The notes beneath the pieces are model-generated. The model did not search any database. It was not told where the DNA came from and saw nothing but the letters and a program-made list of their open reading frames with translations. A stretch of 64,000 bases of DNA, from contig NC_047065.1 of NCBI RefSeq assembly GCF_902459465.1, positions 21,142,001 through 21,206,000 of the forward strand. Reading direction: 5' to 3'. Positions 1 through 10,272 of this stretch are shown piece by piece. The DNA is from Asterias rubens (taxonomy: Eukaryota). Position 1 is the first letter of the stretch; every line of letters starts with the position of its first letter. The position numbers were made by a program, and so were the translations under genes.

Positions 1-1398
1 ACATTTTATCCAATTTCGTTGGCAATCCGTTAAATAGGTTAAGTATCAATAACGGATACTCTGTAAAGATATAACTATTATGCATGCTTCTGAGGAGCTG
101 TCATGGTCTAATTGCTAGACTGAGGAATAATCCTTTAAAGGGAAGATTTTAGCCAAAGATGTTTTGAAGAAGAGGACAGAGATGCTGGTGATTACTTGGG
201 GCAAAATAGCTACGAAAAGAAAACCTTAGAAGTACCATTTTAGTAGGCTTACTGAGAACCTGTGTTCACCTTACATATTGTAGTTATAAACATTGTAGTT
301 TATTAACAGGGGTGAGAGTCATTACGGAAAAGTCTGAAACTTGGATACAAATTCAAAGGTACGTTGAAATGATGCCATTTCTACTGTTTGGTAACGGTGG
401 GGTTATAGATTTCAAGGAGCTTTTGAAAACAGTATCCAAAGCACTAGAGAAGTAGACCACAGAGCAGGATTTCTTTATTTATGAAAAAAAAATATTGTCT
501 GATTTTCTTCACCAGGCCGACGACATAAAAAGTCTGAATTCAGCCAAAAGTCTGCACAATCTCATCCCTGCAGTTACCCTTGTCTGGTATTCACAGTGTC
601 AAATCACACAAAGAAAAAAAAACAGGCATTTAAAATGTATAACTTCTAAGGCCAAGACCATTTTCATTCTGCAGAGGGCACTCACTGGTGGGTGTAATTT
701 GTAGGGGCACCAAGGCCATGACCCGGGGCAATAGTGGCCTATATAATTCATGTCCTAGTTTGGATATATAAGTTGATCCATCAGTGGACCTCCTTTGTCC
801 CATGGCAGCAATACTTGATGTTGTTGGGGATTTGTTTCATCTATATATCTAGGAAACTACAGGGGCTGAGTGTTATAGACAATATGGGTTCACATTCTGT
901 TTTTGACATCCCTGTGGAGACATATTTTGTTGCGTTTACCTTTGTTCAATGCATTTTACATCCTCCTATAAAATTTCTACACGAACTTCCTTGTGGAGCA
1001 CCCAAGTCTTGAGAATTCCTCTTTGGAAACCTTTTGTTTTTCCTTTTGTGTTTCGTTCCATCTCAGGTTGCAACTTTAAAAACATTAACAACAAAATGTT
1101 CCCTCATGTAATTGTGTATTAAGCCAAACTATGCTTTGCAGAGCAGGATAGAAACTGATGGTCACACTTAATAGGAGACTTTCCAACGCTAGGTGGCAGC
1201 AGACATACCGGGTAAATTTCCATTGTTTACGTAGTTCTGAACATGCGCATACTTCTGAGAACAATGGATTTACCCGGTAAGTCTGCTGCCCTCTATCGTC
1301 CAAGAAAGTCTCCCATTGTTTGCACACCTGAGATGCAGATTATTTTCAAGCCGGACCTCAGATTATAAGGCCGGCTAATCCTGCGGTTCTGCTTGATT

Positions 1399-1433
1399 CT
1401 GATGAAAACAAATGTTGTGATGGTTGAAACGTC
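1399..1433 (+). ncRNA. Penelope-type minimal hammerhead remnant
   Basis: CTGATGA-A-AAC...GTT-GAA-ACGT-C; stem I not paired. Confidence 0.35.
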
Positions 1434-1534
1434 TTTTCCAGGATACATTATACATTAAAAATGAGTCAGTGTACCAGACAGTAGTCAGTGAAAGTCCTGT
1501 ACAAGTTGAGGCAGTTCAGATTGATTGGATTCTC

Positions 1535-1735
1535 CTTGTGGCTCTGGCTTGCGGCTTTGGCTTGTGGCTCTGGCTTGCGGCTTAGGCTTGTGGCTGTTTG
1601 CTTGGGGCTTAGGCTTGCGGCTTTTGGCTTTGACTTGCGGCTTTGGCTTGCAACTTTTGGCTTGGGGCTTTTGCTTGGGGCTTTTTGCTTGGGGCTTTGG
1701 TTTGCGGCTGTGGCTTGCAGCTTTGGTTTTGGGAT
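1535..1735. repeat. Minisatellite, ~12-13 bp GCTTGYGGCTYTG units
   Basis: Degenerate tandem repeat; explains the two low-complexity ORFs at 1488 and 1525. Confidence 0.85.
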
Positions 1736-3021
1736 CCTTAGGTTGTTTTAAACGTGAGGTAATTTTAGAGATGTAATTACCTCAATATGTTAACCCTACC
1801 AGAGTCATTGCTAGGGTCTAAACTCGGAGGGCAATCCTGTTTTTTTAATTTAAGAAAGTCTTTATTGTCACATCATCATTGGCTTTCAATTTCTATGATA
1901 GTTGGTATACTTCAACCATTTGAACTTTCTCTATAATGATTGAGTACTAAACTGAAAAGGTATTACTAAAGTTAGTCACAGGTTGTGGCTATGGCTATGT
2001 ATATAATGTGACTGTGATGTTCAGACCACTACGACTGCTGGGGCAGCCATTAGCCACAGCCTAACCACTAAAAAAATATAAGGATTATATAGGAATGAAA
2101 GAAAGGACGAAAAACCTATAAGAATCCTATAGGAAATTTATGTAAGTCATATAGGGCTCTATAAGCATTTTGCCTATAGATGTAGGACTTTTTTGTAAGG
2201 AAAATTACTAAATTGAGAAACAATCGTACATTCCCTTTAAGGCAAAGAGGATTGGGGGGGGGGGGGTGTCTTCGCTTGATATTGTTTTTAATTTACAACA
2301 AAATATAAATCAGCCGATATTGCTAAAAATAACAGCAAATCTCAGCCTGGGATTGGATTGTGATTTCACAGTTGAGTTAATGACAAGATAGTCTTATTTA
2401 CTGCTTAGTCTGACACCTTCATGGCGGGGCCAGCTATAGGGGTCTAGTCGGTGTGGAAAAACGCTGCTGGTCTAAGCTGGTGTTGTCGGGTCATCGCAGA
2501 TATTGGATTGACTCGATGAAGCAAGGTTCCGTAAATTAATGCTTGTTTAGCCAATTAAACTCATTCTTGGGGTACCTTTTTTTTGTATGGTGGTATTTTG
2601 CTTTAGGTCTGAGGCTTAACCTTGATTCTCTTTATTTTGATTGTTTGAAAATGAATTCCGAAGCTTAAGTAAGCCGGTTGAAAAAAACACAGAATATTGA
2701 AATTTAAAAATTCAAGAAGAAGTAAAAGATGTTGCAAAGTATCATTGTTATTTTTCCTTGTTTGTTCTTAATGACTTGATGAGAAACTGTCATTCAGTGA
2801 ATAGTATAATGCAGTATTTTTCATTCAGGAATTATGAAATTCTGAAATGTTGTGCAAAATAACGAAAGCGTCAATACTTGCTATTGGCAAAAATAATTAT
2901 TTCATGATTATCTATCCTTCATAATAAGAAAGACAAATCATCATGCTTAATCATCACTATTATTCTATTAATAACTAATTGTGTAATTTGACTCCGTTAA
3001 TAATCACAATGTGCATCAAAA

Positions 3022-5330
3022 CAATCAATCAATCAATCAATCAATATACATTTATTTCAATGCTGTCCTTGGACATATAATATACAATGGTTGTAAGAGG
3101 TTAAATTACAACATTACTTGTATACATTAAGTATAGTTTATTATAATTATTTAAGGGACAACATTAAGGTTTGGGTGAAGCAGAAAAGCTTTTGTACCCT
3201 AACCTAGGGACAGACAGCGAAACAGGACGGGACATGACAGGACATGTGTGCATCATGCAGTCGCTAAGACATAGTAATACGAAAAATGATAAAAGAAGAA
3301 TCAGAAATTAAGCGTGTGTATCAAGAAGTTGTTTTTTCAGTTTACCAACAAATATTGACTGCGAGGGTGACTTTTTAATGGACTCATTAAGACCGTTCCA
3401 GTAATTCACACCACGCTGTATAAGACTGTTTTTATAGAGTGAGGTTCGATTGTAACAGACATGGATGTTTTTGCTAGAAGCACTACGGGTATTATATGAA
3501 TGTATGTTGGAAGTTAACTCAAAACATGAGATAAAACAACCAGGTAATGCATTGTTCGTATACTTGTACATTAATTTACCTAGATTTAAGTAGTAAATGT
3601 CTTTAAATCTTAACAATTTTAGATTTACAAATAAGTCGGCAGTATGATCACGGTAACCAGCACTGGAAATAATTCTAACAGCTCGCTTTTGTAAGAAAAG
3701 AAGTTTGTCACAATTCACTGAGGAACTGCCCCAGGTTAGAACTGAATAATTTAAGTACGGAAGAACAAAGGAATTATAAAGAATAAGTAAAATATCACTT
3801 GGAATGAAGGTCTTTAATCGATTCATAATACCAACAGTTTTTGATATCTTGCTGGAAACTTCACTGACATGGCTCTTCCAAGTAAGATTTTCATCAATTG
3901 ACACACCTAGAAATTTGGTAATTGTAACACATTTTAAATTAACACCATTCAAGACTAGAGGAACAGATTGGGTATATTTATGTTGTCTGGAACAGAATAT
4001 CATATAGTTTGATTTAAGTAGATTAATACACAATTTGTTTGCTAAGAGCCAGCTGCTGATTTTTTCAAGTTCAATATTTAGGATCTGAATAGCTGTGTCC
4101 ACATTGTTATGACTATACACCAAACTTGTGTCGTCTGCAAATAAGCAAAAGGACACTTTATCAGACGTATATGAGATGTCGTTAATATAAATAAGGAATA
4201 GTAAAGGGCCCAGTACAGAACCCTGCGGAACTCCACAGCAAATAGGTTGCTCATCAGAATTAGCACAATTATAGGAAACAATTTGTATTCTATTCGATAA
4301 ATAACTCTTAAACCAATTTAAGGCTATACCACGGACACCATAGTTTTCCAGTTTACAAAATAAAATTTTATGGTTAACTGTATCAAAAGCCTTTGAAAGG
4401 TCCAGAAATATACCGACAGAGAATTTACCATCGTCTATGGCTTTAAGCAATTTATTAACAACATGTGACGTTGCTAGTTCAGTTGAGCGTCCCTCTCTGA
4501 AACCAAATTGCGAGTCAGATAAAATATTGTGTTTATCTATAAAGTTAATAAGACGGTGGTAAATTAGTTTTTCAAAAACTTTAGAGAATGTAGTAAGCAC
4601 TGAAATAGGTCTATAATTGGCAATGTTATGTTTATCGCCACCCTTATGTATTGGTGTGACCTTACCGTTCTTTAAGCCGTCAGGGAAAATACCCGTAATT
4701 AGAGACTCGTTGAAGATACAAGCAAGTGGCTTTGCTAAGGCATGCTTCGCCCGTTTGATAACAAAAGCACTTAACCCATCGAAGCCAGGGGCTTTACCAT
4801 CTGGAATTTTATTAAGAATGTCTATAATTTCTTCTTGCGTAATAGGATTTAAGAAAAGAGAATTTGACTGTCGATCCTGAAGAAAGGATTCAAACGTGTT
4901 ATTACATAATGGCAGATTACTAGCAAGTCTGGTACCAACACTAACAAAATACTCATTAAATCGATCAGCAATGTCTTTGTCTTCGTCAATTGTTATACCG
5001 TCTTGAACAAAGTAGGAGGGGTTGCTTTTCCTCTGACCCTTATTGAGTATTGCATTTATAACATTCCAAGTTCCCTTGATATTGCCCTTCTCTTGGTTAA
5101 ATCTTGTACAAAAATAGCTTTTCTTAGATACTTTAATTAAAGTATTAAGTTTGTTTTTGTACATGGTATAAATGGACTTGTTTTGAGAAGTAGGATGTCT
5201 CATTAATTTTTTGTAAAGATAATTTTTTCTCCTTATTGATTTATAAATACCATCTGACAGCCAAGGAGACTTACGTTTATTGTATCGGCACTTTACTTCT
5301 TGAAGTGGGAAGGATTTATCATACAAATTG
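3022..5330 (-). mobile_element. 5'-truncated non-LTR retrotransposon (CR1/L2/Crack group LINE)
   Basis: RT ORF followed by a ~260-nt 3' UTR, a minus-strand AATAAA at 3051-3056 and an (ATTG)6 tail at 3022-3045. No APE domain and no clear TSD. Confidence 0.9.
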
Positions 5331-5356
5331 CATGACGTATGACATATTGCAATCAT
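3308..5356 (-). CDS. LINE ORF2 fragment, reverse transcriptase (endonuclease missing; the ATG and first ~9 codons are probably flank)
   Basis: Motifs KAPGFDG, NYRPISVL, QFGFREGRST, FLDLSKAFDTV, GVPQGSVLGPLLFLIYIND, LFADDT and C-terminal HSYNTR...WNGL. 682 codons without a stop. Confidence 0.92.
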   Translation of the reverse strand: MIAICHTSCNLYDKSFPLQEVKCRYNKRKSPWLSDGIYKSIRRKNYLYKKLMRHPTSQNKSIYTMYKNKLNTLIKVSKKSYFCTRFNQEKGNIKGTWNVINAILNKGQRKSNPSYFVQDGITIDEDKDIADRFNEYFVSVGTRLASNLPLCNNTFESFLQDRQSNSLFLNPITQEEIIDILNKIPDGKAPGFDGLSAFVIKRAKHALAKPLACIFNESLITGIFPDGLKNGKVTPIHKGGDKHNIANYRPISVLTTFSKVFEKLIYHRLINFIDKHNILSDSQFGFREGRSTELATSHVVNKLLKAIDDGKFSVGIFLDLSKAFDTVNHKILFCKLENYGVRGIALNWFKSYLSNRIQIVSYNCANSDEQPICCGVPQGSVLGPLLFLIYINDISYTSDKVSFCLFADDTSLVYSHNNVDTAIQILNIELEKISSWLLANKLCINLLKSNYMIFCSRQHKYTQSVPLVLNGVNLKCVTITKFLGVSIDENLTWKSHVSEVSSKISKTVGIMNRLKTFIPSDILLILYNSFVLPYLNYSVLTWGSSSVNCDKLLFLQKRAVRIISSAGYRDHTADLFVNLKLLRFKDIYYLNLGKLMYKYTNNALPGCFISCFELTSNIHSYNTRSASSKNIHVCYNRTSLYKNSLIQRGVNYWNGLNESIKKSPSQSIFVGKLKKQLLDTHA

Positions 5357-5571
5357 GAGGTTTCATTATTTTCTTGAATCTTGAAATTATCCTTCATAAT
5401 ATTTTAATTGTTGTGATGTCAAAACCTTGGGGATATAATCCCCATCTTCATATTTCTTAGAAACTCTTGCTAAGACTCTCTTAATTTTTCCTAAATGCTT
5501 GCTTAATATTGATCTTCACAAATGCCAAGGTGACCTTTTCCAAAAGCTTATCGGAGGATTCAAAACCAGTA

Positions 5572-5892
5572 AAGGCCCTGGGCATGTTTGGTATGGTAAA
5601 TAAAGACCAGTCTTCTCACTAGGTGTACTCCAACATAATGCATGAAATAACAAACCTGAGAAAATTTGGGCTCATTTGTTCATCGAAAATCCAAGAAAAA
5701 CATTATTGTTGCACAAATTTGTGTTTTCCAATTCAAATTTTTAAGTGAGAAATGACCTCTTTATCTGTTACGTCAGAGGGAGTCTTATAACCTGCAGTGT
5801 TTAATACTGTCAAGTATAAATAAGTTTTTAATAAGTTTTTATGCTAATCTTATTTGTTTTGACTTGTTACCAATAGTGTCCAGTGCCTTTAA
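5572..5892 (-). mobile_element. MITE family A, diverged copy
   Basis: Ends TTACCAATAGTGTCCAGTGCCT|TTAA; internal AAGACCAGTCTTCTCAC block. Confidence 0.7.
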
Positions 5893-8800
5893 ACCTCACG
5901 CGTAAAGATGACTTGGAAATGTTCTCTTTCTTAGAAGAATATTAATGACCCCCCCAGCTCCCTCTTTTTTTTCTCTCTTGGCCCCAAAGCAGATAATCAA
6001 TTTCTAAAGATTGTCAGCGTGCATTTTGGTTCGTGGTAATTAAGAAGAAAAAAAGGACAGCAGCAATGTTCCGATTGAACACCAATTGAATTTTGTCGCC
6101 TGATTGATCCATAAAGTCCCCCGAATGAGATCAAGTTCATGACCTACAAGTCCGTGGAGGACTGCACCGTACCAGCGTCAACGACCCACCTGGAGGACAC
6201 AAGGGCCTCTTCCATTGGCAGGTGGATAGCCAGGGTGCCATCCGAGATGATCACCTCAGTGCCTCCAAGATGAAATTTCCTGGACCAGCCCCTTATGTTT
6301 GTACTCGGCAAGTAGAAAGAGGTCTGCACTTGGCAAGTGCCCATTAGTTGGATCTTAAGGCATGCGCCTATTCTAAATGTTTTGTCAAGTCTTTCATTTT
6401 GTTATTTCGAAAGGTTACAATTGGTGAGGGACTCTGCATTTCATTTGCAACTTTTGGAAGGAGATGGAAAGAAAGGGAAGTATATAGTTTCCTGCCTTTT
6501 TTGTACTAAATGGTATGTGTTTTGAGTTTGCATTTTGATTGAACACAAAGAGAAATGGCCTAAAGCAGGGGTTGAACCTATGTTGTAAATTACCATTTCA
6601 AATACACTATTTTAATTTTTTATTTTTACATCAATTAGCTGTGTGGCCGTCCTGGTTTTTTATTTCAGCTTAAAACTTTTGTTTGCAATTTATATTATTA
6701 TTTTGTTTTAATAAAAAGGCTATAAAATTAAATCAAAAAAAGTTTCAACAAGTTACATAAAATGTTTTTTAGAAAAATAGTCTGGCACCTTTTTTCAGAT
6801 TGACACAAATATCGTTTAACATCATTGTAAGCAGGGTACTAAGCAAAGATTGATCCTACATAAAGGTCAAAAAGCTGAATGATGTGGCCATCACATCTAA
6901 ACTGTATCAAGGTAACTTAATATTTTGTTGTTTACTTATTTTATAAATTAGTTGTTTCTTTTTTCAATTCAAACAATGGTACTTAAATTTATCTATTTAC
7001 TAATATGTTGTATTTTTTTATTAACAAAAAGTTTAAGTTTAAGTGTTATTTATACAGAAATTATAACCAGAGTACAAAAATAGACACACCCCCAAAATTG
7101 GAAGATATTAGTCTGGCGCCTTTTTCTGATTATCACCAATATTGTTTATCATCAATGTAAGCAGGGTTCCTGTAGAATGATGTGCACCCAACATGCGAGT
7201 CGTGTCAAGGTAAACTATTTATGCATTGTCAATTAACTTTAAAGTTCAACTGGTGGTTCATTGTCATTCCTAACAGGCAAGGTACTGAAAATATGGGAAT
7301 AAACCACAAACAGAAACACAAATTTGTCTTTAATTTTTTTCTTCAAAAATAGGCACTTCAATTAAGAAGTCTTAGTCAAGCCAGTGGTTGACAAGAAACA
7401 ACAATTTTAAGATTAGTGCTCACTTTTCACGAAGACGGTATGCTATCAAAAGATGATTGCCACCACTAATATTACTAATTTCATTAAGAAGATTTATTAA
7501 GAACTGAACTTTGTCTGACCTATTATTAAAACCAAGAATGGTTAGCTTGCGGCCATTGCTGTTGTCTACGGAGCACAAATTAGTGTACCCTCGACATGCC
7601 TCGGCTGTTCCAAAATGATTTCCGCTGCCTTTGCTGTAAATGTGTAGAACGCAAACGAGCAAAAAAGTAGCACACACAGCCTGCTATCTATAGGCTTGAC
7701 TTGGGAGCTGTAAGGCTGTTTTAAACAGAAGTTCAAATAATCATACATTTAATTTGTTTTTAAAATCCTACTGGACGCTTACTAAAAAAACTCTTTCTCA
7801 CCTTTCCCAGAAAAAAAGTGAATCGACCAAGACCGAGAACAAAACCCTAAACTGCTACTTTCCTAATTCCAGGGTAAGTGTCATTTTGTTTCAAGATGTT
7901 TTTCTTTTCTTTTCTTAGAAAGAGGGTTGAAGTGCAAGGCCAGAAACCCATATGTCCGCCACTCGTTGTATGTAGTGTGTAGTGCGCAATGTTGGTATGC
8001 AGTTTACAACAACTAATTCATGTTTTCTTTCTACTTTAATGACCAATTACCAAAATAGCATCGACTTGTGAAAGTTGGTAACAGCAGCAGAAAAATTATG
8101 TCATGGCTTTCAAATATTTAGCAGAACATTCTTTATTGATTGAAACATTGTTTAATTATTTGTTCTTTTCGTCAAAAGCACTCAAAAGCGGCTGCTCTTT
8201 TTAGGATGATCTGAATTTTTAACGTAAATTAATTTATATTTCAGATGTTATATGTTGAATTGAGCCTGCATTGCAGATATTGTTAATATTTTTAAAATGT
8301 GATTAATTAATAATAAACAATTTTCTCAAAATTTGTTGGTTTATATAAAATTAAATGGCGAGGCCATTTAATGGCCTCCCTTCTTAGTGGTACTATCTTG
8401 TACGGTTGCCTTGACATTTTTGATATTTACAGTTCTTGGCAGCCTCACTTTCAAACCAATGGCAAATACAGCCAATAGCTTCAAGTCGTAATCGGGTCAA
8501 AGGTTAAATCTTAATGGCCAGAGTTGCTAATTCGAGGACTGAGGAGACTGCCCCTTTAAGGACGATAGGAAACTCTCGCAGTGAACTTATTACAAAAGAA
8601 CGACCACCCCCATCCCTTTTGTCCATCGTACATTCACATCAATCCAGCAGTAATCCCTCAGCAAAAAAGTCCAAGTCTTTAATGAACATCTCCAAGATCT
8701 TAACGCACCATCTCGTATCTTCTTACGTATCCCCCCCCCCCCTCGCTGTCTTTACATGTCCGTTAATATAGAGAGCTCTTTAAGCCGTATGCAAATAAGG

Positions 8801-10244
8801 GAACTCTGAGCAGGTGATAATAATCAGAGGAAGTTGATCTCTTAAAGTACAGTACGTCATTCGCCAAGAAGAGAAAAAAACGGCGAGAAAACAACTTTTT
8901 TTCTTTAATTTGGGATTTTTTGGGAGCTCAGCACTAAATATCAATGAAATCGAAGAGTCTCTCATTAGCCATGATCTGAATCAGCTGCGGAGGGATTACC
9001 CGGCCTCTGCACTTCCATTCATCTTGAAGACTCTTACCAGCGAATTGATTTTAATAAGTGTGATTATATACTCCCGGTTAAAATGTTTTTTCATTTGATC
9101 TGATTCGTGTACACAAGCCGCGACGACGCCGCTATCTAAAAATAATACATAACCCAACACTTTCAAATCGTTTCTGTCGGGGTGTTTTTATTCCCTTCGT
9201 ACTTTTCCGCTTAGTTCAAGTTATGTGTTGTTGTCCAACCACTTTACCTTATCTGAATGCAGAATCTTAAAGAAAGTGCATTCTATGAATCATGATTGTA
9301 TGTAATTGAAAAGTTTGTCTTCATTTTCCTTTGTTTACTTCTTTCTTGTTGTGTTTGGTTTGTTTTTGTACGCTCCTTGGCACTGGACTGGGATTGACAA
9401 CGGATTGACGAGCGGTCATTGGAGTAATTGCCAAGTTCAAGTTGCTGGCAGACTGAAGCTCCTCAGATTACAGAAATACTGCCCTCTCTAGACACTTTTT
9501 ATTTTTCCTAGGCCAGTTGTATACATATGCTAAGCAAATTCGCTAAGCTGGGAATGGTTACCAGCCAAAACGCCATTTAATGTATGTTGATCTTGATTTG
9601 GTTCACTGTTCATTTGGGTTTCGAGTCAGTATTAATGTGTGTTGAGCACTTTCTGGGAAATTTGTGAGAATTCTCGAGGTTTTACCTATATTACTTACAG
9701 CTGGAATGGAAAATAATTTGTTACTTTACTTGGATGGGGTTTAATTTGTAGCAATTTTTGTTTCAGAAGGGAGTTTGTGACAAAGTGGATTTATCCATAC
9801 TTTATTGTAACAGTAGATGTAAAAAAAATTATAAAGCTGTTTAGTTAGCATTGTGCTTTACTGTATATAGAAAGGCATACCTAAGCTTAGGCGTACTTCG
9901 TGTTATTGACTAAAACTAAACAATGTTTTTTTTGTCCTCACCAAGGTACCATACCTTTGTGTTTTAGCTGTACTGATACAAGCAGGGAATTTGGCACATA
10001 GAGTGTGTCATGAGAAAGATAATTGGCTATTTAGGCCAGTGCAGATCTTTCCTTTGAAACAATATAGGTAGTAAGCAAGCAGTCATTATGACAGTTTTGA
10101 AAATTACCTGTTTTCATCATTCACCTTTATTTATACTTAAATGCATCAAAGGGATTTGAAGTAAAGCAGCGCAGTCAGTTAATCTACTTATAATGGCATC
10201 ATCAAAAGTACTTAGTTATTAATTTTTTTAATATATTTATTTTC

Positions 10245-10272
10245 GAGACTCTGCTAGGGTCGAAACATCAGG
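10245..10272 (+). ncRNA. 3' half of a Penelope-type hammerhead
   Basis: GA-GACTC(TGCTA)GGGTC-GAA-ACAT-C-AGG; the 5' CTGA is missing. Confidence 0.3.

Noticed and set aside
310-1276. Phase-compatible micro-exons 310-358 and 1235-1276 (VRVITEKSETWIQIQSSEHAHTSENNGFT)
   Set aside because: The peptide was not recognised, and AG/GT pairs of this quality are frequent by chance on both strands. Expression data would be needed.
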